NCBI GenBank assembly: GCA_048885865.1
Contig: JBHLLF010000041.1
Location: 1 to 23,230, forward strand
Direction of reading: 5' to 3'
Source: Candidatus Hermodarchaeota archaeon
Lineage (GTDB): Archaea > Asgardarchaeota > Thorarchaeia > Thorarchaeales > Thorarchaeaceae
Length of the DNA: 23,230 bases
A program made the translations under genes and the position numbers. This document shows, piece by piece, positions 16,397 to 23,230 of the stretch (the stretch's first letter is position 1; each line of letters opens with the position of its first letter). The notes below the pieces were generated by a model. That model was not told the origin of the DNA, searched no databases, and saw only the letters and a list, made by a program, of their open reading frames with translations.

Positions 16397-17740
16397 TTGG
16401 ACACTATAGAGGAAGTCACAAAGAAAAAATGGATGGCACTATATGCCTTCTTGATAATGGACTTTCTGCAAATCCTGCTTGTGTCGGTTCTGTATCTCGA
16501 CGAGCGGAACAACCCTTTTGTTGTTGGCATTGATTTTTCAAGATTTGAACCAAGTGCATCCATGACTCTATTCATTGGAATCAGCCTGCTCCAACTCTTC
16601 CTTGTGTACTATGTTGCAATAGCCATGCAGCGAGATCCGGATTTAGTGCCACTCTATCCCGACTACAAGGAGGCGGATGAGTGTGCCTGTCGGTTCTCAC
16701 GTGATGAAATCGTCAATTGGACTCTTGAAAATGCGAAGATGAGTGGAGTTTCGGTAGGCAAAATCTATCTGATGAAATCACCTCTCCCCAATGCGTTTAC
16801 ATTCAGTCTTCCTTTGATGGGCTCCATCATTGTTGTGCATAGCAATATCCTGGATATACTTGAGCCTGAAGAAGTAAAAGCGATTATCGCGCATGAGGTC
16901 GGACATATCAAGAACCGTGATTCTATCATTCAGATTCTTGCCAGAATGCCAGCTTTCTTCATTGATACAATCTATATCTATGTCTACGTGCGAATTGCAC
17001 TGGCTATATCGGACTCTCTCTTTGCCACAGGCGATGTCATTTTAGCTGGGATTCGTGTTCTAGTGTTATTGGCATTCTTCGGTCTATCTAGATTCCTTGC
17101 AGCTGTATCGATGTTCCTGATGCAGATAGGATCTCGTGAGGCTGAGCTATTGTCTGACTATCATGCTGCGGAAGTCATAGGCGCCGAACATACAATTAAT
17201 GGTCTTATCCGTCTGGGTCAGCGGTCAGAGGCGATTTCTGTACTAATCGACGAGATTCGTTGGTTGGAATCACTCAATCCTGAAAGAACCGGGGTCGTAA
17301 CCCGGAAAGAGCTTGTACGAATGATTGAGCAATATCCGCTTGATGGTATTGATGAGGCTAATGCTCGGCATATGGCTCCATGGGTCTTTCTTGCGACTAG
17401 ACTGAAACATATGAGAGAAGTCTATGGAGTGGACCTCAGCGATCAGCAAATCAAGTCAGCTATCGAACCAGCCATGGCCTTCCTTGAAGAGAAGAGACCA
17501 GAGAGAGAAGAAAAACCCGAGGAAGAAGATAAGACGCCTAAGACAATTGACTGGAGATCAGTGGATTATGATGGTGACCGCCGCCTCTCAAATGATGAAT
17601 TGAAAGATCTACTTAAGCTACTTCGAACTAATCCAAAGAAGCTCATGTTTGATAGCGAGGTGGGGAAGAACCTGATGGCTTTGAGCCATCCTGACTTCAG
17701 ACGACGAGTGCTTACAATTGCTGATGCATTTGGGCTCTAG
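16397..17740 (+). CDS. M48 (HtpX/Ste24-like) membrane zinc metalloprotease with a large insertion containing an EF-hand
   Basis: Two N-terminal TM helices, PNAF, HEVGH (aa 166-170), SREAELLSD (third ligand E250) and C-terminal SHPDFRRR. EF-hand loop DYDGDRRLSNDE at aa 390-401. TTG start with GAGG upstream. Confidence 0.92.
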   Translation: MDTIEEVTKKKWMALYAFLIMDFLQILLVSVLYLDERNNPFVVGIDFSRFEPSASMTLFIGISLLQLFLVYYVAIAMQRDPDLVPLYPDYKEADECACRFSRDEIVNWTLENAKMSGVSVGKIYLMKSPLPNAFTFSLPLMGSIIVVHSNILDILEPEEVKAIIAHEVGHIKNRDSIIQILARMPAFFIDTIYIYVYVRIALAISDSLFATGDVILAGIRVLVLLAFFGLSRFLAAVSMFLMQIGSREAELLSDYHAAEVIGAEHTINGLIRLGQRSEAISVLIDEIRWLESLNPERTGVVTRKELVRMIEQYPLDGIDEANARHMAPWVFLATRLKHMREVYGVDLSDQQIKSAIEPAMAFLEEKRPEREEKPEEEDKTPKTIDWRSVDYDGDRRLSNDELKDLLKLLRTNPKKLMFDSEVGKNLMALSHPDFRRRVLTIADAFGL

Positions 17741-19239
17741 ATTCTTGCAGCTTCTTGTGCAGTATCTTTTTCAACCTCAGCTGGACTGAGACCTCTGAAT
17801 AATGAGATGATAATGCCAATTACCGCAAGTATTGCCAGTGTCCAAACAGTGAGCTGGAATGCTAGTGTATATGCATTAACATAGGCGGGGCCGGAGGCAG
17901 CTCCAGTGGTATTGATAGCCGCGAAATTCAATGAGAAGACTGTAGTCACAAGAGCTGTTGCTATCGAGAACCCAGTTGTTCGAGCGATGTTTGTAAGGGC
18001 ACTCACTACGCCCATGTATTCTCGGGGTGTCGAAGTCATAATGAAGTTGCTATTTGCCACACTGAAGAAGGATAGACCAAATCCAAGAATCGCAATTCCA
18101 AGCACTGGTAGAATTAGAGACACCCATGGAATTGCAGTAAGAGTGGGCATTGGCTGAATACCAGCCAAAGCCATTCCAAAGAAAACTAAACCAATGAACT
18201 GGGCAAAGAGACCTACAACAGTCTGAGTTCTGGCTCTGACTCTCTCTGAAACAAATCCTGAGAACGGTCCCACTATTGAGATAACTAAGGGGTGTGCTAC
18301 AAGTACAAAGCCTGTAGCAACTTGCGTGAAGCTTTTCGCATCTTGGAGATAGAAGGGTAAAAGGAATGACACAGGCACAAGAGACATGTAAGCAAGAAGA
18401 GCCGAGAATATACTCGTGGATATCCGTCTATCGGCCAGGACATTCATCGGGATTATGGGCGTGATGAAAGTCCTTTCTCTAATGATGAATGCTATGAATG
18501 AAACAAGGAAGATACCGAGGAGTATTATCAAGTCAGGGAATACTGGAATTGTTCCGATCATAGAAACACTGAGGATCAGTGTGAATAGAAAGGTCAGGAA
18601 AAGCAATGCCCCAGCTGTGTCGAATCTTACCTCGTGCACGCACTCGGTTTCAGGGATAGTCGCCCAGACAACGAGGAATCCTACAACGCCAATTGGCAGG
18701 TTGATGAGGAATATACTCTCCCATCCAAAGAATTCACTAAGAAAACCACCTATGACTGGACCTAGAGCTAGGGCAGCAGCCAAAACAATGGAACTCAATC
18801 CTATAGATCTCCCTCGATTCTTGGGAGTGGTGAAGTAGGTGACTAGAGCCAATCCATTAGCTGACATCATGCTTGCACCAAAAGCTTGGAATATCCTTGA
18901 TGCAAGCAGGAACTGAAGGGTTGGACTAAGCGCACAGAATAGTGATCCAATCACAAAGAAGATCATTCCCCATTGGAAGACTTTTGTCTTGCAGAATCTA
19001 TCTCCAAATTTGCCCATAAGGGGCATAAATGAGGTCATAATCAGGAGATATGAGAGGACCACCCACTGAATCTCAGCCATCTCGACGCTCAGGCTGGTTG
19101 CCATTGTTACTAATGAAACATTCACAATCGAGGAGTCAAGAGCGCTCAGGAACACACCAAAGCTTGTTGCTGCCACAATCTTGTACGGACCGGGCATTTC
19201 GATGCCGGTTACTATAGATTGCTGTCCTTGGTCTATCAT
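17737..19239 (-). CDS. MFS drug:H+ antiporter, DHA2 (EmrB/QacA-like) family, about 14 TM helices
   Basis: Motif D1 FLSALDSSIVNVSL, motif A GKFGDRFCKT, motif B ASRIFQAFG, motif C LGPVIGG and WESIFLINLPIG. Start is ATG 19239 or 19197; the ORF track uses 19287. The stop overlaps the M48 stop (CTAG, 17737-17740). Confidence 0.93.
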   Translation of the reverse strand: MIDQGQQSIVTGIEMPGPYKIVAATSFGVFLSALDSSIVNVSLVTMATSLSVEMAEIQWVVLSYLLIMTSFMPLMGKFGDRFCKTKVFQWGMIFFVIGSLFCALSPTLQFLLASRIFQAFGASMMSANGLALVTYFTTPKNRGRSIGLSSIVLAAALALGPVIGGFLSEFFGWESIFLINLPIGVVGFLVVWATIPETECVHEVRFDTAGALLFLTFLFTLILSVSMIGTIPVFPDLIILLGIFLVSFIAFIIRERTFITPIIPMNVLADRRISTSIFSALLAYMSLVPVSFLLPFYLQDAKSFTQVATGFVLVAHPLVISIVGPFSGFVSERVRARTQTVVGLFAQFIGLVFFGMALAGIQPMPTLTAIPWVSLILPVLGIAILGFGLSFFSVANSNFIMTSTPREYMGVVSALTNIARTTGFSIATALVTTVFSLNFAAINTTGAASGPAYVNAYTLAFQLTVWTLAILAVIGIIISLFRGLSPAEVEKDTAQEAARI

Positions 19240-19352
19240 TGCGTCATCGCTCGTCCTTGCGATTATCCGTTGAAGTCCAACCTGCAATTAAGGGTATGGC
19301 TACACCCTCGTAAGGCGGAAGCGTTTTCATCTACCTGACCCTCAGGTGGCCT

Positions 19353-20180
19353 ATGATCGATTTTGACCTTCTTCATAAGAAGGCACGCCATGATATCAGG
19401 ATGTGCCTCCAATCGTGGATTGAGGTGCTGAAGGATGAACTCGGAGAACGCATTGACTACGTTTATTCCAAGGGGTCATCAATGAAGAACTGGGCTTCCC
19501 CAATTGATTATGTGCCTGTACTCAGTGATGTTGATATCCACATCCTTCTCAAAGATGAAGAGGACCTTTTCCTTGGTTGCAAGGACAGATTCGAGGCTGC
19601 AATGCGCTTCTCCAAACGATATGAAGATCGATTCTTTGAACTGGAACCAGAGCCTCTCCATTTTCCACGAAGCCAGTTAGTTCATATCAACCCATTCCGG
19701 ACAGAGAAATGGTTTGTAATGCCGAAGGTCGATGCAGTACAACCTCTGATAGGGGATCCTAAGCCAGCGAAGATTCCCTCAGATGATACTATCCGCCAAA
19801 TCGACTTGGGGAACTTGATCGATCTGAAGGAGTATCTGCATGAAGTTGTCATGAGTGCTGTAGACAGAGCTGGGATTGACTTCTGGTCAATGATTAGACG
19901 AATGCTGTGGAGAGTGTCACCATCACCAGTGCGAGTGATAACACAGACCTATGAAGATCCAAATTCGGTTTGGAACTGGAATCGCACAAAGATATGTGCC
20001 CAACTAATAGACATGGGATTGAATGAAATGGAGAGACTCTATAGGGAGTTCTATATGGCTGGATGGCGTCTGTTCATCTCTGGCTATACTAGCCGCAACG
20101 ATTTCCGCGATTTGGCATACAATGGATACTATCTTTTGAAGGAATGCCATGAGTATGCCTTGAACCTGCAAAATATGTAA
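19353..20180 (+). CDS. Putative DNA polymerase beta-superfamily nucleotidyltransferase with a helical C-terminal domain
   Basis: YVYSKGSS (G41-S42) followed by SDVDIHILL (D59, D61) matches the hG[GS]...DxD signature. AGGTGG ribosome-binding motif upstream. Confidence 0.65.
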   Translation: MIDFDLLHKKARHDIRMCLQSWIEVLKDELGERIDYVYSKGSSMKNWASPIDYVPVLSDVDIHILLKDEEDLFLGCKDRFEAAMRFSKRYEDRFFELEPEPLHFPRSQLVHINPFRTEKWFVMPKVDAVQPLIGDPKPAKIPSDDTIRQIDLGNLIDLKEYLHEVVMSAVDRAGIDFWSMIRRMLWRVSPSPVRVITQTYEDPNSVWNWNRTKICAQLIDMGLNEMERLYREFYMAGWRLFISGYTSRNDFRDLAYNGYYLLKECHEYALNLQNM

Positions 20181-20251
20181 TACCCTCTGGGTTTATCTGC
20201 TGCATAACTCGATTTTTCTACAGTGACCTTGAAATCTGAGGTGATTCTCGC

Positions 20252-21043
20252 ATGCGTGAATACAGGATGCTACCAACGGTCCTCTATAAGGGAGGAGAGC
20301 GGTTTGCAGAAGAAGATGCCATTGCAATTGAAACAGCACTAGAGCTTAGGCTAGATAATGATTTCATTGCGGCTTTTGTATGCACTCCAGGCTTGCAGGA
20401 TGAGCTAGCTGTTGGCTATCTCCTGTCTTCTGGCATAGTTGCGCAAGCGAATCACATCGCCTCAGTGAAAACTGTAAACAATCGATGCAGTGTCAAATTA
20501 GTGAAGGGAGCTGAGGCAAGAAAGTCAGAAGCACCCGCTATACGACGAGTAGTGACAACAGAGTGCTCAGCTCCAGACATGCTTAGGACTCTTCGTACTG
20601 GCGGAGAGATACCACGACTTGATTTCACGCTAGAGGTTCTGCCAGACCTGATTTTCTCTGTATCTTCGGACATGAAAGAGGTACAAGAGGTCCATAAGAG
20701 GACTGGCGCCACTCATGCAGCACTCATCCAAGAGATAGGCAGTGAAGCCCGATCAATAGCTGAGGATTTAGGGCGACATAATGCCGTTGACAAATGCATC
20801 GGGCTAGCAGTTGCAAAATCGAGAGACTTGAGAAAATGCCTCTTAGTCAGCAGCGGCAGACTCACTGCGGATGTTGTTTCGAAATGCGTATGGTCCTCCA
20901 TACCTCTCTTGGTGTCATCATCGGTTGCAACGGATGCTGGGGTCAAAGTTGCCAAGAGAGGCAATATTACGCTAGTTGGAGCTTTACGGGGAAACCGAAT
21001 GCGAGTCTATCATGAGGGTGCAGCAAAGCTGGTTCACAAATAG
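20252..21043 (+). CDS. fdhD: Formate dehydrogenase accessory sulfurtransferase FdhD
   Basis: CTPG..DELAVGYL, TGATHAA, EDLGRHNAVDKCIG and SSGR. GAGGTGA upstream. Confidence 0.93.
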   Translation: MREYRMLPTVLYKGGERFAEEDAIAIETALELRLDNDFIAAFVCTPGLQDELAVGYLLSSGIVAQANHIASVKTVNNRCSVKLVKGAEARKSEAPAIRRVVTTECSAPDMLRTLRTGGEIPRLDFTLEVLPDLIFSVSSDMKEVQEVHKRTGATHAALIQEIGSEARSIAEDLGRHNAVDKCIGLAVAKSRDLRKCLLVSSGRLTADVVSKCVWSSIPLLVSSSVATDAGVKVAKRGNITLVGALRGNRMRVYHEGAAKLVHK

Positions 21044-21052
21044 GTGATTTCC

Positions 21053-21964
21053 GTGTCAAAGCCGAAAAAGCGTCCTCCTGTCAAGATTCGACCCCTGCTG
21101 GAGAGATATGGAATTGTTCCGGATGCGGAACATGGACAGAACTTCATTATTGACAGGAATCTCATAGACAGAGAGGTTTCTTTGGCTGAAGTGCGCAAGA
21201 AAGACATCGTACTTGAGATTGGACCAGGCATAGGCATATTGACCGAAGCACTTGCGCGCAAGGCAAAACATGTGGTAGCCGTTGAAATAGACACTCAATT
21301 TCGAGATATCCTTGCAGACCTACAACAGCATTCTCCCAATCTAGAAGTCATATTCGATGACGCATTGACTGCCGAGTTCCCTTTCTTCAGCAAAGTTGTG
21401 TCAAACCTGCCCTTCAAGGTCGCCCTTCCAATAGTCTTCAAACTCATGGATTATGACTTCGAGCTTGCCATTCTCGTTTGCCAGGAGCGATTAGCCAGAC
21501 GAATCACGGCAAAACCAGGTGATACAGGATATAGTCGCATCAGCGTGCAAGTAGCAAGACGAACTGAAGCAAGGCTTCTATACACTATTTCGAAGACGAA
21601 GTTTTATCCATCTCCTAATGTGGATGCCGCCTTACTCCAGCTCAAGGGAGTGGCACCGAAATTCGAAGTTCCGTCAGAGCAGTTTTTCAAAGAGGTGCTG
21701 AAGTATTTCTTCGCTTTCAGAGAGAAATCAGTCACAAAGGCGTTGAATACACTAAAAGCATTCGCAATATCGAAGAGTGAGATGATGCGGGCTAGACGCT
21801 TGATTGGAGAACGTATAGCGAGAAAAGAAGTCCTAGCGGTGACTCCTCCCGAGTTTGGCAGAATCACACGGATTATTTGGGATGAGTTTGGTGACCTAAC
21901 TCGAAGATTCTACAAGTACTACGATAAGATGAACCTCTATCAACGCGACACCGAGCAGCTATAG
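21053..21964 (+). CDS. rsmA: SSU rRNA adenine dimethyltransferase RsmA/KsgA/Dim1 family
   Basis: GQNFIID, VLEIGPGIGILT, AVEID, VSNLPF, YSRISV and FYPSPNVD. GTG 21053 is favoured as the start because AGGTGA overlaps the fdhD stop; the ORF track gives 21044. Confidence 0.9.
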   Translation: MSKPKKRPPVKIRPLLERYGIVPDAEHGQNFIIDRNLIDREVSLAEVRKKDIVLEIGPGIGILTEALARKAKHVVAVEIDTQFRDILADLQQHSPNLEVIFDDALTAEFPFFSKVVSNLPFKVALPIVFKLMDYDFELAILVCQERLARRITAKPGDTGYSRISVQVARRTEARLLYTISKTKFYPSPNVDAALLQLKGVAPKFEVPSEQFFKEVLKYFFAFREKSVTKALNTLKAFAISKSEMMRARRLIGERIARKEVLAVTPPEFGRITRIIWDEFGDLTRRFYKYYDKMNLYQRDTEQL

Positions 21965-22060
21965 AAAGAAGCGAAGCTTGCACCACTTGAACTCAACAAG
22001 ATACAACGTTTATTCATAACAATATGAGCACAAATTGATTGGCAGAGGTGAGGATGTGCA

Positions 22061-23230
22061 ATGAAGCACATCAATACAAGAATAATTCTAGGGGTAGCAA
22101 TAGCGTTTGCCTTTTTGATGGGATCCCTAGTCACTCCCGTCGCCGCACTGCAGTCGCAGATTGCTATCGAGAAGTACAATCAAGCGTTTCATTACGGAAC
22201 GAATAATCATACATATCTGTATCTTGAGCCCGACCCGCTAGACCGTGTATCTCGTGCCACTATTCATTTGAATGAGGATCTTAATTACTATAGATACTCC
22301 TACGATAATACAGGCTGGGCACGTACTCAGTCTTCGGGTTTTGAACCAGCTAATTCTCCATTCTATTGGATGAACTATCAAGGCTTTGCAACAGGTACAT
22401 ACGGAAATCCTACTCGGCTCCCGAACTTCTACGACTTCACAGCTTCTGACGGTAGCGGAGTAGTTGTTAATACTACCCTGGAAACAAGGACGTTCTCATT
22501 GGCGTTTGGCCAGCATACACCAGTCATGGTCGAACGGGATTCTGTCTACTACGGTACACTTCCGGTCGCTGGGCAAGAGTTTGTTCATCTGACGATAGAT
22601 TGTAGACAAGATGACGTGGGATGGAGTGTCAGCGTTGTAGATCCAGAAGGCCGATTCATGGCCTCAACAAGCGGATCTGGGGGTGACATAGTGTTGATTC
22701 CATTCAATCCCTCGATTGATGGAACGTATCTCGTCATTCTCCAAGCAACTCCTGGATCGACCCTCAATACTCTTTTCGACATTCTTCCAACAGCAGTGTC
22801 GCCTCAGAGGATTGGGATAGACGAGGTTGTCACAGGAGAATTGCCCACTGGTGAAATAGTCATAAATGATGAAACTGGTAGTTTCGTCCATAAGGAGTTG
22901 GCCCCTACAGCTCATACCTACAAGTTCTGGTCGCCAGATAGTCTCGCATCAATCAGCTATTCTTACAACTATCCTGTGATGTTCACGGGCATAAGCATAA
23001 CTCAGCCACCTGCCATATTCTTCACTAGTGATTCTTTCGAGTACGGATATGATGGCGGTTCTCGATATGTCGATGCCATTGGCTTCCCTACATCTGGCGT
23101 TTACAACTACATCGGTGACACGCATTACGTCACCGTCATGGGGGGGGACAACGTAGAATACACATTGTATCATCGAGCAATTGATGAGAGCCCACTTCCT
23201 GTGAACCAGGAGTTCCAGATCGAGAACTAC
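22061..23230 (+). CDS. Secreted beta-rich surface protein, truncated by the window edge (at least 390 aa, not in the ORF track)
   Basis: ATG 22061 preceded by GAGGTGAGG. Signal peptide MKHINTRIILGVAIAFAFLMGSLVTPVAA. The frame stays open to the window end (...PVNQEFQIENY). Contains a PPC/Ig-like segment (VSVVDPEGR...DGTYLVILQA). Confidence 0.88.
   Translation, partial: MKHINTRIILGVAIAFAFLMGSLVTPVAALQSQIAIEKYNQAFHYGTNNHTYLYLEPDPLDRVSRATIHLNEDLNYYRYSYDNTGWARTQSSGFEPANSPFYWMNYQGFATGTYGNPTRLPNFYDFTASDGSGVVVNTTLETRTFSLAFGQHTPVMVERDSVYYGTLPVAGQEFVHLTIDCRQDDVGWSVSVVDPEGRFMASTSGSGGDIVLIPFNPSIDGTYLVILQATPGSTLNTLFDILPTAVSPQRIGIDEVVTGELPTGEIVINDETGSFVHKELAPTAHTYKFWSPDSLASISYSYNYPVMFTGISITQPPAIFFTSDSFEYGYDGGSRYVDAIGFPTSGVYNYIGDTHYVTVMGGDNVEYTLYHRAIDESPLPVNQEFQIENY

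Noticed and set aside
19291-19308. AGGGT-N8-ACCCT inverted repeat between the MFS and nucleotidyltransferase genes as an operator
   Set aside because: The arms are only 5 bp, which is expected by chance, and no regulator gene is adjacent.
94-21964. Pyrrolysine or selenocysteine read-through of TAG/TGA
   Set aside because: Stops fall at expected family C-termini (rubredoxin, FdhD, M19, M48), several abut the next gene, and no gene appears split by an in-frame stop.
1-23230. CRISPR arrays, tRNA/rRNA genes, IS elements, integrases or prophage genes
   Set aside because: No regularly spaced repeats, cloverleaf or T-loop signatures, transposase or integrase motifs, or terminal inverted repeats were seen by eye. 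Intergenic gaps are all about 200 nt or less.

Overview
A gene-dense archaeal chromosomal segment of moderate GC content. It is most likely from an Asgard archaeon (Thorarchaeia-like). That assignment is an inference from a Rab-like small GTPase with no prenylation cysteines, GGAGG/GAGGTG ribosome-binding motifs, TTTAT-type TATA boxes and large sequon-rich surface proteins. There are 19 complete CDSs and one CDS running off the right edge. In order they are: a membrane histidine kinase, a FtsX/MacB-type double ABC permease, a stand-alone Lrp/AsnC ligand-binding domain, a SAM methyltransferase, an M19 dipeptidase, a hydantoin/Asp/Glu racemase, a small membrane protein, a radical SAM enzyme, a membrane-anchored beta-propeller, a 52-aa rubredoxin missed by the ORF track, an 820-aa surface protein with a DUF11/TRAP-beta-like Ig domain, a polytopic protein with an acidic tail, a thioredoxin-like protein, a Rab-like GTPase, an HtpX/M48 protease with an inserted EF-hand, a DHA2 MFS exporter, a Pol-beta-fold nucleotidyltransferase, FdhD, RsmA/KsgA and a partial secreted protein. 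No tRNA, rRNA, CRISPR array or mobile element was seen. The best candidate for an undescribed system is the Rab-like GTPase lying directly upstream of the EF-hand M48 protease, which may be Ca2+-gated, divergent from a thioredoxin, membrane-protein and surface-protein series. Also notable: 13 of the 19 complete genes stop with TAG.
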